Assembly: GCA_016700035.1 (NCBI GenBank)
Contig: CP064998.1
Location: 267,848-331,847, forward strand
Origin: a bacterium
Lineage (GTDB): Bacteria > Patescibacteriota > Saccharimonadia > CAILAD01 > GCA-016700035
DNA length: 64,000 nucleotides
Reading direction: 5' to 3'
The notes under the pieces were generated by a model. That model saw only the letters and a program-made list of their open reading frames with translations. It did not search any database and was not told the origin of the DNA. The translations under genes were made by a program, and so were the position numbers. Below, piece after piece: positions 1 to 9,386 of this stretch. Every line of letters starts with the position of its first letter. Within the stretch, counting starts at the first letter, position 1.

Positions 1-3
1 GGT

Positions 4-786
4 ATGCGTGACCCTGCGAGAATGCATCATTACATGGTTGGTGCACTGGAGGGTCGAGCGGTGTTGGATTCCGTTCGGGCACTTGGGAATCTTCCGCTCA
101 CTAAAGATAGGGCTAACACCGAGGCAGTTATTATGGGTGGCTATTCGCAGGGTGGACATGCTGCTTATTGGGCGGATGAAATTGCCTCAACCTATGCGCC
201 TGAAATTAAGATTAAGGGCGTGATTGGGTTTGGTCCGGTTACAGATGTAAGGCGGACTTTAACCGATACGACGCAGGGGGCTAATATCCTCTGGTTTGGG
301 CCTTATTTACTATATAGCTACAGCGATTGGTATAAGGAAACGTATCCGGTTTCACAAATTTTAATGTCACCATACGCCGAGAATCTAGCCGGTGATATAG
401 CTAGAAATTGTATTGACACCAATATTACCTATTGGGGCAATAAGAGTATTGGTCGGGTTTATACTCCTCAATTTATTGCTGCAATGCAGACTGGTTCGGT
501 GGCAAGTATATCTAAAGAGTTCGATGCACGTATGCAAGAAAATCTTACAGCCGATGTAAAAACCGATAGTAAAAAGGCAATTTTTCATGGCCAGCTCGAT
601 AATGTGGTGTTGCCAGGCCAATCACAGGATGCCGTGAGCCGCCTGTGTCGGCTAGGTAGCACCATAACCTTTAAGCGTTATCCTAGTGCAACTCATTACA
701 CAACGATGGCACAGAGCTTTAACGATTCGGTCAATTGGATGAGGGCAGTTGGGGCTGGCACTCAGACTCCAAACGACTGCCAATAA
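4..786 (+). CDS. Secreted alpha/beta-hydrolase (lipase/esterase-like), 5'-truncated at window edge
   Basis: ORF runs from the window start; GYSQGG nucleophile-elbow (GxSxG) motif; Cys pairs typical of secreted lipases. Family assignment is tentative. Confidence 0.5.
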   Translation: MRDPARMHHYMVGALEGRAVLDSVRALGNLPLTKDRANTEAVIMGGYSQGGHAAYWADEIASTYAPEIKIKGVIGFGPVTDVRRTLTDTTQGANILWFGPYLLYSYSDWYKETYPVSQILMSPYAENLAGDIARNCIDTNITYWGNKSIGRVYTPQFIAAMQTGSVASISKEFDARMQENLTADVKTDSKKAIFHGQLDNVVLPGQSQDAVSRLCRLGSTITFKRYPSATHYTTMAQSFNDSVNWMRAVGAGTQTPNDCQ

Positions 787-835
787 AAAACACCCGCTTA
801 GGACGGGGTTTTTATCAGCACGTGCTTATATGTTT

Positions 836-1141
836 TTAGGCGGTAATTGAGTCAATTATTAGCACGGTCTTATGTTGACGGTGTCCGCGCATAGTTTTTT
901 GGCGCTTTTTGGCCTTATACTTTAGGACCATCACTTTATCTGACTGTTTATCAGCGGTGCGTACTGAGGCCACTACTTTTGCACCGGCAACATGTGGTGT
1001 GCCAACTTGTACTTTATCACCATCAATAACTAAGAGTGGTTCAAAAGTAATATTTTTCTCTTCGCCCAATAGCTCGGTCTCAATGGTCTGACCCTTTTCG
1101 ACTAGGTATTGGTGATTTCCGGCTTGAATTACTGCTAACAT
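836..1141 (-). CDS. rplU: 50S ribosomal protein L21
   Basis: 101 aa; 'MLAVIQAGNHQYLVEKGQTI...VKVMVLKYKAKKRQ' is typical L21 sequence. Confidence 0.85.
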   Translation of the reverse strand: MLAVIQAGNHQYLVEKGQTIETELLGEEKNITFEPLLVIDGDKVQVGTPHVAGAKVVASVRTADKQSDKVMVLKYKAKKRQKTMRGHRQHKTVLIIDSITA

Positions 1142-1282
1142 ATTCTTTCTCGTTTAGGACAACAATAAAGTATTCTATCAGGTTTGGGTAAAAATGTAAA
1201 TACTTGCCTGAATTACTATAAAGAAACTTCAGTTTCTTGGTATACTAGAATAAAGATTAAGAGAGGGTGAAGACAGACTTTC

Positions 1283-2038
1283 GTGGTTATTATTGCAGTT
1301 GCAAATCAAAAAGGTGGTGTTGGTAAAACAACAACCACAGTAAATCTCGGTGCCTATATGGCGCGGGTTGGTAAGCGAGTTCTAATTGTGGATTTAGACC
1401 CGCAAGGTAATGCGAGTTCGGGCTTAGGCATTGATAAGCAAAATCTTAATCACTCATTATATGACGTACTGGTTGACGCAGTGCCGTTGGGGAGCGTAAC
1501 GTACAAGACAAAGTATAAAAACTTGTCGATTATTCCGGCTAGCGCAGTACTAGCAGCGGCTGAGGTGGAATTAACTAAAATAGACCAACGGGAATCACGC
1601 TTAAAACAAGCCCTCACTAATGCTCCATACGACATAGTCTTGATTGATTGTCCGCCATCGCTAGGTCTTCTGACCGTAAATGGCTTAGTGGCAGCCAATC
1701 GGTTGCTGATTCCGGTGCAGGCTGAATATTATGCACTGGAGGGCTTAGGGCAACTTTTGGCAACTATGCAACGGGTTAAGCAGGCCCTTAACCCTACTTT
1801 GGAGTTGGTTGGTGTTGTACTGACGATGCATACTGCTCGAACATCACTATCGCAAGCGGTAGCGCAAGAAGTGGAGCGTCACTTTCCCGATATGGTATGC
1901 TCAACAGTGATCCCGCGCAATATTCGACTGGCTGAAGCCCCGAGCCATGCAAAGGCGATAGTGGATTATGACAGATTTAGTAAGGGGGCTAGGGCCTATA
2001 AAGCGCTTGCCAAGGAGGTACTCACACGTGTCAGCTAA
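1283..2038 (+). CDS. parA: Chromosome partitioning ATPase ParA/Soj
   Basis: Deviant Walker A 'KGGVGKTTT'; 251 aa; GTG start; immediately followed by parB. Confidence 0.85.
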   Translation: MVIIAVANQKGGVGKTTTTVNLGAYMARVGKRVLIVDLDPQGNASSGLGIDKQNLNHSLYDVLVDAVPLGSVTYKTKYKNLSIIPASAVLAAAEVELTKIDQRESRLKQALTNAPYDIVLIDCPPSLGLLTVNGLVAANRLLIPVQAEYYALEGLGQLLATMQRVKQALNPTLELVGVVLTMHTARTSLSQAVAQEVERHFPDMVCSTVIPRNIRLAEAPSHAKAIVDYDRFSKGARAYKALAKEVLTRVS

Positions 2039-2936
2039 AGCTTCAAAGCCAAGTCGATTAGGGCGCGGATTAGATGCACTAATCCCAACCGAAGTAGATG
2101 AGTTTGCCAGTCGTGAAGTTTCTGAAACTCTACATCTGGAGAGTGAAGATGCCATTCATAAAATATCAGTTGGCTTAGTCGATCCTAACCCATTTCAGCC
2201 ACGGAAGGAGTTTCGAGAAGAGGATTTGGCTGATTTGGCTGCATCAATTAAAGAACATGGTGTTGTTCAGCCACTAGTTGCAACAAAACAGGGTGATCGT
2301 TACCAGTTAATTGCTGGTGAGCGTCGCCTACGTGCTTCAAAGTTAGCTGGCAAGAAAACCGTACCAGTAATTTTGCGTAGTTTTGATGAACAGCAACAGT
2401 TAGAAGTGGCAGTGATTGAAAATATCCAGCGAGCCGAGCTATCACCACTGGAGTTAGCTGTAGCTTACCAGAAACTGATCGATCAGTTTAATTTAACGAC
2501 AGAGGCAATTGCCGGGCGAGTTGGTAAGGCAGCTCCAACTGTGCGTAATATATTGCGACTTCTTAAGCTGCCGTATGAGGCAAAAAAAGCCCTACAGGAA
2601 GGGCAGATTGTTGAAGGGCAGGCGCGAGCCATTCTAACTATCGAGGACTCTAAAGATCAGTTGAAGATGTTGGATATGATAACTCATCAAGAAATGACGG
2701 TCCGCCAAGCTGAAGAGATTGCTCGCAATTGGAAACAGGATAAGGAGTTAATATCTAAGCGGGTAGAGAAGAAAATATCAGATTATCAGTCGATAATTGA
2801 TGGGCTGGAAAAGCATCTAGGCACCAAAGTAGAGGTTCTTAATAATGCTCAGGGTGGGCGTGTAGTTATCCGTTTCTACTCTCAAGAAGAGCTGACCAGA
2901 ATATATGAAGATATTACTGGCGAGACTCTAGTTTAG
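2028..2936 (+). CDS. parB: Chromosome partitioning protein ParB/Spo0J
   Basis: ParB-box 'GERRLRA' and HTH region. In-frame GTG at 2028 is preceded by a perfect AAGGAGG (2011-2018), so I prefer it over the longer tracked ORF starting at 1968. Overlaps the parA stop. Confidence 0.8.
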   Translation: MSAKASKPSRLGRGLDALIPTEVDEFASREVSETLHLESEDAIHKISVGLVDPNPFQPRKEFREEDLADLAASIKEHGVVQPLVATKQGDRYQLIAGERRLRASKLAGKKTVPVILRSFDEQQQLEVAVIENIQRAELSPLELAVAYQKLIDQFNLTTEAIAGRVGKAAPTVRNILRLLKLPYEAKKALQEGQIVEGQARAILTIEDSKDQLKMLDMITHQEMTVRQAEEIARNWKQDKELISKRVEKKISDYQSIIDGLEKHLGTKVEVLNNAQGGRVVIRFYSQEELTRIYEDITGETLV

Positions 2937-2945
2937 CTATAGTAG

Positions 2946-3800
2946 TTACATACTATATTGTGGTGGTGAGAGTTGGCCAAACTCATAAACTGGGAGTAGT
3001 CGTAGAGAAGCCGTACCAACCATTCGGTTCATCGGAATTGGGCCAAAATAGCGCGAGTCTTGGCTAGCTTGTGGATTACGGTTATCACCTAAAACAAATA
3101 CTTCACCTTCACCTACAGTGGTGTCAACTTCACCTTCCAGTGCAATATTGCCAACATAGCTTTCATTTAAAACAACGCCAGTGGGATGATCGTTGTTAAA
3201 AATAGTGACAGTGCCATTCTTAATGACGACTCTCTCACCCGGCAGGCCGATAGCTCGCTTGATAAAGTAGATATCGGTGGGAAAATCTGGTGGATTAAAA
3301 ATAAGTACCTGGCCTCGATGAATGTCGAGTTTGGATGATTGGCCGGTGAGTTTTTTCCAGCTAACATCAAACTTTGAAACAATGAGATAATTACCATTTT
3401 GGAAGGTTGGCTCCATCGACTGTCCATCGACGTACCAGGCCTGAAAGATGAAGTTATGAACAATAAAGACCAGCCCAGCTGGAATTAGCACCCAGGAGAT
3501 TAGAAAACTAACAAGGCGACGCCATAGGGGTTTTTCAGCTTCTTCTTCAGTTTCAGAATTATTATCCGCATCATTATTTACAGGCTCTGGGGCTGGAGGA
3601 TTAGCTGGAGCTGGAGTTGGAGTGGTGCCTATTGGTGTCTGGTTGGGCGGCGGTATAATGGTAGCTTGTGGCTCACTTTCTACTCTCTGAGATAGTGGTA
3701 CAGGTTGAGACAATTGGCTAACTGGCACCTGATTTGGCCCCGCCGTTGCTGGGTTAGGGCTGGCTGGAGTCTGCCCATTAATTTGGTTTGGGTCGGTCAT
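2946..3800 (-). CDS. lepB: Signal peptidase I (LepB) with a ~100-aa Pro/Thr-rich N-terminal extension
   Basis: Catalytic-region motifs 'DGQSMEPTF' and 'GDNRNPQASQDSRYFGPIP'. TM segment after a low-complexity, proline-rich N-terminus. Confidence 0.8.
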   Translation of the reverse strand: MTDPNQINGQTPASPNPATAGPNQVPVSQLSQPVPLSQRVESEPQATIIPPPNQTPIGTTPTPAPANPPAPEPVNNDADNNSETEEEAEKPLWRRLVSFLISWVLIPAGLVFIVHNFIFQAWYVDGQSMEPTFQNGNYLIVSKFDVSWKKLTGQSSKLDIHRGQVLIFNPPDFPTDIYFIKRAIGLPGERVVIKNGTVTIFNNDHPTGVVLNESYVGNIALEGEVDTTVGEGEVFVLGDNRNPQASQDSRYFGPIPMNRMVGTASLRLLPVYEFGQLSPPQYSM

Positions 3801-3876
3801 ACATATCCAGTATAGCTGAATCTTCGTTTCTGTGCATTGGTTTTCGAACTAGTGCATCCTCCTATATACTATACTT

Positions 3877-5253
3877 ATGCTATTGCGAAAACGTGCAGAA
3901 GATTCAAACCAACATCCTGTGGCTGAAAATGGTTCGTATACAGCGTTTCGAAAACGAAGATTTTCACGTCGCTCTAAGATTATAGTAGCTGTTTTGGTAG
4001 TTTTTCTACTGGCCGTACCAATAGTGTTATTGGCTAAAAGTCTCTATGCCTACAAGTCGATTGTACAGACTCATACTGGCGTATCGAGTGAGGTGCTCAC
4101 TAAAAAAGACACTGAGTTTGATTCTAAAACTGAAGCTGATGGCAGAGTAAATATCCTCTTGCTTGGCGTTGGAGATGCTGGGCATGCTGGTTCTACTCTT
4201 GCTGACACCATGATAGTTGCTAGTATTGATCCTGAGACAAAAGATGTTGCGATGTTGTCTTTGCCTCGCGATTTGTACGTATCAATTCCCAAAAATGGCA
4301 AGAACAAGATAAATGCCGCGCATGCCTTTGGTGAACTAAAAAAGGTAGGAGAAGGGCCAAATCTTTCAAAAGAAGTAGTTGGGCAAGTTTTGGATATTCC
4401 AATTCATAATTATTTAAGGGTCGATTTTACGGGTTTTAAAAAGGTAGTTGATGTTTTGGGTGGTGTGTCGGTTGATGTCCCTCAAGCTCTGTTGGATCCA
4501 GAATATCCTTGCGAAAAAGATGAAAGACGGGCCTGTGGTTTTTCATTGCAGTCTGGTACGCAGGCTATGAATGGATCGCTGGCTTTGCAGTATGCGCGAT
4601 GTCGTAAGGGGAATTGTGGTGATGATTTTGGTCGTGCCAGCCGACAGCAGCAAGTTTTGATGGCGTTACGGAAAAAGGCCCTACAACTCTCCACGCTAAC
4701 TAACCCAACTAAATTAGCTAATGTTATTGATACGGCTGGATCGCATATTAGAACCGATTTAACAATGGCTGAGTTGACACGTTTAGCCGATATCTTAAAA
4801 GATGTGAAGTCTGAGCAAGTTCGCTCTAAAGTCATTGATTCTGAGAGTGAAAAATTGGTGCAAACCGCTACGATTGCCGGAGCTAGTGTGGTAATTCCGG
4901 TGGAAGGTGATGGAAAGTTTGATCATATTCGGAATTTTACCCATAGTTTGTTTTATGATAGACATATTGCCGATGAGAAAGTACCGGTGACAATTATTGA
5001 TGCTTCGACTAACCCTAAGCTTGTTACGGCTACGGTAGAGCGCCTTAAGGGGTATGGTTATAAGGTTGTTGAAGTGCAGAAAGTTGAACCGAAAACTAAT
5101 TCAGAACTAATTGACGGTACTGGCGGTAAGGCAAAATATACCAGACGTTATCTTGAGGCTCGATTTGGGCTGACTGCCAGTGAGAGTACGGCTCATGGCG
5201 AAGGTGTTACTCTGATTATTGGTAGTAAGAATAATATCAAAAATGGAGATTAA
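3877..5253 (+). CDS. LytR-CpsA-Psr (LCP) family cell-wall glycopolymer transferase
   Basis: N-terminal TM; LCP core 'VNILLLGVGD...STLADTMIVASID...MLSLPRDLYVSIP'; C-terminal LytR_C-like region. Confidence 0.75.
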   Translation: MLLRKRAEDSNQHPVAENGSYTAFRKRRFSRRSKIIVAVLVVFLLAVPIVLLAKSLYAYKSIVQTHTGVSSEVLTKKDTEFDSKTEADGRVNILLLGVGDAGHAGSTLADTMIVASIDPETKDVAMLSLPRDLYVSIPKNGKNKINAAHAFGELKKVGEGPNLSKEVVGQVLDIPIHNYLRVDFTGFKKVVDVLGGVSVDVPQALLDPEYPCEKDERRACGFSLQSGTQAMNGSLALQYARCRKGNCGDDFGRASRQQQVLMALRKKALQLSTLTNPTKLANVIDTAGSHIRTDLTMAELTRLADILKDVKSEQVRSKVIDSESEKLVQTATIAGASVVIPVEGDGKFDHIRNFTHSLFYDRHIADEKVPVTIIDASTNPKLVTATVERLKGYGYKVVEVQKVEPKTNSELIDGTGGKAKYTRRYLEARFGLTASESTAHGEGVTLIIGSKNNIKNGD

Positions 5254-5255
5254 CA

Positions 5256-6035
5256 GTGGTCCGTAGGGGGAATTTCTTAACACCATCACAGCGCATATTG
5301 ATTACTCACATTCTGTGTTTGGCGGTTGCACTAGGCATAACAATGTTGGGTGGATCGTGGGTTTGGCTGGCGGTTATTGCAACCACCACCATTACTGTTG
5401 TTACGGTGTCTCGGCTTTTAGTGCAGCGATCAGGTAGGATAGTTTTTACTCGCTCGCTTGAGCCGGTTATTTTAGTAGTCTTTGGTCAGCTTTATCTCGG
5501 CTTATTACAGCTAACGTATGAGCTGCCATTGTGGCAACAGGCTGGTTTTTTGATAATTATTTTTGTTCTGCAGATACGATATTTATTAATGCAGTTTAGG
5601 AGTCAGGTTGCCCATACTCAAACCGGCTTTACAGCTCTGTTATTACTACTAGTCAATACAACATGGGTTTTAATGCTCAGTCGCGATGCGGTAGCTGGCT
5701 TTATAACTATTATTATTGCCTGGTTGGTAAATTATATTGTGGTGCATTATTGGCTGGAGCGAATAGGTTATCATAATTCGTTTTTAGCGGCTGTTTGGTC
5801 GCTTATAGCAGTAGAGATGTTAGTAATAGCAAGTTCTGCATTGGTATTTTATACCATCCCGCTAACTCTCTTGGTGGTCTCACGGACGGCATTATTTCTG
5901 GCAGTTATTGCATATACTTGGGGTAGTATGCTCACACTACACTCCCGACGCAAGCTATCAAAAAAGCTGGTGGTTGAGTATGGTATGATTTGTGGGTTTT
6001 TACTGATAGTATTGCTGGTAATGACGGGAATGTAG
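5256..6035 (+). CDS. Polytopic membrane protein, function unknown
   Basis: 259 aa with ~7-8 hydrophobic helices; GTG start 2 nt after the LCP stop (possible co-transcription). No recognisable motif. Confidence 0.5.
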   Translation: MVRRGNFLTPSQRILITHILCLAVALGITMLGGSWVWLAVIATTTITVVTVSRLLVQRSGRIVFTRSLEPVILVVFGQLYLGLLQLTYELPLWQQAGFLIIIFVLQIRYLLMQFRSQVAHTQTGFTALLLLLVNTTWVLMLSRDAVAGFITIIIAWLVNYIVVHYWLERIGYHNSFLAAVWSLIAVEMLVIASSALVFYTIPLTLLVVSRTALFLAVIAYTWGSMLTLHSRRKLSKKLVVEYGMICGFLLIVLLVMTGM

Positions 6036-6092
6036 TTTAAGATTTAAGTTAACTCTCAGCTTGGGGTGTCATATATAGAGATGGAGGAATGA

Positions 6093-7307
6093 ATGCAAGA
6101 AGAATCAAGTCGATTGAAAAAAGATAAAACGAGTAATGTGAGCAGTGTTTCGTCAGGGCCGCCGATAAATTTAGATGTGGCAAAAAAACCAGTAAATAAG
6201 TCGGGTGGTGGACCCGGCTGGGGGCTGACTGTACTTCTAGCATTTGTGGCTGGTGTTCTAGGGGCGGCGCTTTTTATGCGCTTTATGCCGGTCGGTCAAA
6301 AAAATGCCGTTGAGCAATCTAAGCAAGTTACTTTACAGGAAAATTCAGCCACGATTGATTTAGTAAAGAAGGTTGGGCCGAGTGTAGTATCGATTAATAC
6401 TTCCACCACCGTGCAGAGTTTCTTTGGTGCTCAAGAGCAGGAAGGTGCTGGTACGGGCGTAATTGTCAGCTCTGATGGGCTAATTTTAACCAATAAGCAT
6501 GTAGTGCAGGGAGCCAGTACGGTTACCGTTACCAATACTGATGGCAAGCAATTTCAGGGTAAGATTTTAGCTGTTGATAGTACTAACGATATTGCTTTTG
6601 TAAAGGTTGAGGCGACAGGCCTGCCAGCCGCTGAGCTGGGTGATTCTGAAAATGTTGAGGTAGGGCAGAAGGCGATTGCGATTGGTAATGCACTGGGTGA
6701 GTATAGCAATACTGTTACTACTGGCGTTATATCTGGTAAGCAACGCCCCGTGCAGGCTTCGGATGGACAGGGGAATACCGAGACTTTAACCAATCTCTTT
6801 CAGACTGACGCCGCAATCAATCCGGGTAATTCAGGTGGACCTCTGCTTAATATAGACGGTCAGGTAATTGGCATTAATACGGCGGTAGCAAGCGGCAATA
6901 ACGCTCAAAATATTGGCTTCGCTATTCCGATTAATCAGGTTAAAGGCGCCTTGGAGTCGGTTCAAACTCGTGGTGTAATAGTCCGACCTTATATTGGTGT
7001 ACGCTACGTGATGTTGACCGATAGTTTTGCCGAGCGCAATGGCTTGCCCGTCAAACAAGGTGCACTTTTGCGTGGTGATGACCAAACTATTGCAGTGGTA
7101 GCTGGTTCGCCAGGTGCTAAGGCTGGTTTGCGTGAGGGTGATATTATCACTAAAATTAACGACAAGGAAGTGACACGTGAGAATCCGCTACAGAGCGTGA
7201 TTGTAACTTATAGCCCGGGCGATACTGTAAAAGTAACTTATTGGCGCGAAGGTAAGGAGCAGACAGTAGACGTGAAGCTCGAAGAAGCTCCACAAGCAAC
7301 TGAGTAA
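6093..7307 (+). CDS. htrA: HtrA/DegP-family serine protease with PDZ domain
   Basis: Trypsin-like motifs 'TNKHVV' and 'GNSGGPLLN'; C-terminal PDZ; N-terminal TM anchor; GGAGG RBS 5 nt upstream. Confidence 0.8.
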   Translation: MQEESSRLKKDKTSNVSSVSSGPPINLDVAKKPVNKSGGGPGWGLTVLLAFVAGVLGAALFMRFMPVGQKNAVEQSKQVTLQENSATIDLVKKVGPSVVSINTSTTVQSFFGAQEQEGAGTGVIVSSDGLILTNKHVVQGASTVTVTNTDGKQFQGKILAVDSTNDIAFVKVEATGLPAAELGDSENVEVGQKAIAIGNALGEYSNTVTTGVISGKQRPVQASDGQGNTETLTNLFQTDAAINPGNSGGPLLNIDGQVIGINTAVASGNNAQNIGFAIPINQVKGALESVQTRGVIVRPYIGVRYVMLTDSFAERNGLPVKQGALLRGDDQTIAVVAGSPGAKAGLREGDIITKINDKEVTRENPLQSVIVTYSPGDTVKVTYWREGKEQTVDVKLEEAPQATE

Positions 7308-7384
7308 AGCAGAAAATAAAAAGAAAGTACCCACCCAAACAAGATGTTCGGGCGGGTGTGGAGAGTTTACGGAGAGCTCGCGGG

Positions 7385-7846
7385 TCAGGCGTGGAGGTCG
7401 TGACCCTTTTTGGAGTTGCGCAGATCGGTGATCCACATGGCGCCGAACCAGGCGAGACCAACCAGCATCATCGCTACATTGATTGCAATGACGTTGCTGG
7501 TTTGCTCGAGTGCTCGACGATTCATCCGGTCTTGCCAGGTATCGCCAGTGAAGACGAAACTCAACACACCAGTTGCTACCATGCAGGTCGCGTAGAAGGT
7601 GCAGAGCTTCATCCAGAGTGGGAATTCCGGGAAGAGAGGTTGGTTGTGGAAGGCTCGTGCTGTGATTAGGGCAGCAACGAGCAGACCGGTGCTGGACCCC
7701 AGAACGGTCAGGACGTACGTGGCGTTGATGATGCTACGCGAATTTGTTTCGCAGGCGAGCTCGAAGATCGCCTGTAGCCCCATTAGGGAGGCGGAGAAGA
7801 TCATGAGGGCTAGTACGGGCCGGACTTTCTGCTTGTTCGTAGGCAT
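7385..7846 (-). CDS. Four-helix membrane protein, unknown function (high-GC gene)
   Basis: 153 aa with 4 predicted TM helices. Local GC is clearly above the flanks, ~56 % by eye. Confidence 0.4.
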   Translation of the reverse strand: MPTNKQKVRPVLALMIFSASLMGLQAIFELACETNSRSIINATYVLTVLGSSTGLLVAALITARAFHNQPLFPEFPLWMKLCTFYATCMVATGVLSFVFTGDTWQDRMNRRALEQTSNVIAINVAMMLVGLAWFGAMWITDLRNSKKGHDLHA

Positions 7847-7904
7847 TTTTTTAGAGCCTTTCGCTCGATGGTGCGGTATGTATATTACAATATTTACAGT
7901 TAAA

Positions 7905-7961
7905 AGTCAATACAAGACACAAAAGGAAAAGCACCCATGTAATACCTGCAGGGCAGGATGA
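7905..7961 (-). terminator. Putative intrinsic terminator downstream of the 72-aa membrane-protein gene
   Basis: Stem AAGCACCC/GGGTGCTT (7919-7926 / 7954-7961) with a structured loop (inner CCTGC/GCAGG). On the minus strand it is followed by TTTTCCTTTTGT. Confidence 0.35.
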
Positions 7962-8116
7962 ACGGGTGCTTGTTGGGGCAGTTGTATCTTGATCTCTTTT
8001 TAGGTAGAGATTGTATACTCATCGCCAACTGCCATGGCGCCTCCCTCGCGTCTATTTTTAAAAGACACTTCGACTTCACAGTCGATTTTACCTCCGGGGG
8101 AGAGGTGAAAGTCGAG

Positions 8117-8335
8117 TTAGCGTCGGTTGCGACGCTCACGCTCACGGCGAGCGCCTTCTTCGAGTGCGACCTTGAAGGCCACCAAGAAGAAGAGAAAGCC
8201 CACCATGGCGATCGCATAGCCGATCACATCGGCGACACCTTCCCAGGTGTCAATCACCCAGAAAGCGCCGACGGTTATGGCGAAGCTGATCGCCACCGCC
8301 ACCACCTCGGCCACCTGCTCTTGTCTGTCGCTCAT
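8117..8335 (-). CDS. Small two-helix membrane protein with Arg/Glu-rich tail, unknown function (high-GC gene)
   Basis: 72 aa. Strong RBS AAGGAGGG 5 nt upstream of the ATG on the minus strand. ~60 % GC, against ~47 % in the flanks. Confidence 0.45.
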   Translation of the reverse strand: MSDRQEQVAEVVAVAISFAITVGAFWVIDTWEGVADVIGYAIAMVGFLFFLVAFKVALEEGARRERERRNRR

Positions 8336-8573
8336 TGCGCCCTCCTTGCATCTTCGGCGCAGTGCCAGGGCTGATGCATCTGCCCTTCCTCGATCTTTTA
8401 AAAATCGGGATCCAAACAGTAAGCGTAACTAAACGGGGTGCTTACGGTTGTCTCGAGCCCGATTTCTTTGGGTATCAAGAGGAAGGTAAGGTAGGAAGGT
8501 GCTCATCTTTTTATAGAAGATGATGCTAAATATAATAGCATAACTAATATAAAAAGTCAATAGTTTTGGGGTA

Positions 8574-9386
8574 CTATTTATTAAAGCCCAGTATGAAGTA
8601 GTCTTGAAAAATCTTCGTGAGGCCAGAGGTTTTGGCGAGCTTGATGAGCTCGTCTTGTTGCCAGGGGTCTGATTCGGTCCAGACTTGGGGTTTGTTATAG
8701 ATGAAGTCTGGTAGATCGGCAAAGAATTTTCGGTATAAATCTAATCCATCATCTGCGCCACCAAATAATGCCACAGCTGGTTCATTTTGCACTTCGGGCA
8801 TTAGCTCCATCTTGTGCGTTACATAGGGCAAGTTTGCTACGATGACGTCAAACTTGCCGTCGATGTTATCAAATAGGTCAGACTGTATGAATTCAATTTT
8901 GGTATCATTGCCGAGAAGAGTTTTTGCGTTCTCCCGAGCCAGCTCCAGTGCGTTGAGGCTCACCTCACTAGCGATAACGCGCAGGTCTGATCGCAAGTAC
9001 TTTATTGCAATTGCCATCGCTCCGGAGCCTGTACCAATATCGAGCACTCGCGCTCCTTGTGGCGCGTGTTTAATTACTTCGGCAACAATCGTCTCGGTTT
9101 CCACGCGTGGCGTGAGGGCACGTTCGTCTATCTTAAACTCTAGTCCTGCAAACTCTCGCACACCCAAAACGTAGCTCATCGGAATACGACCAGCTCGTTT
9201 ATTAACATAGCTTTGAGCTAGGTTTAGCTCAGTTTGACTCAAAATCGTATCATGATGAGCTAGTAACCAGGCTCGGTCTCGCTCTAGTGTGTGGGCCAGT
9301 ATGACTTCAGCGTCAGTTTGTGCGCCCTCAATGTTGGCGGCCTTAAGAGTAGCCCGGGTAGATTCTAAAAAGTCACAAATTTTCAT
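8574..9386 (-). CDS. prmC: Release-factor glutamine N5-methyltransferase PrmC (HemK)
   Basis: SAM-binding 'VLDIGTGSGAMAI'; 'VANLPYV' (NPPY-like); 4-nt ATGA overlap with prfA, the classic prfA-prmC operon arrangement. Confidence 0.75.
   Translation of the reverse strand: MKICDFLESTRATLKAANIEGAQTDAEVILAHTLERDRAWLLAHHDTILSQTELNLAQSYVNKRAGRIPMSYVLGVREFAGLEFKIDERALTPRVETETIVAEVIKHAPQGARVLDIGTGSGAMAIAIKYLRSDLRVIASEVSLNALELARENAKTLLGNDTKIEFIQSDLFDNIDGKFDVIVANLPYVTHKMELMPEVQNEPAVALFGGADDGLDLYRKFFADLPDFIYNKPQVWTESDPWQQDELIKLAKTSGLTKIFQDYFILGFNK

Noticed and set aside
1968-2027. Longer parB ORF starting inside parA
   Set aside because: In-frame GTG at 2028 with a perfect AAGGAGG 9 nt upstream is the better start. 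The longer form would overlap parA by 70 nt.
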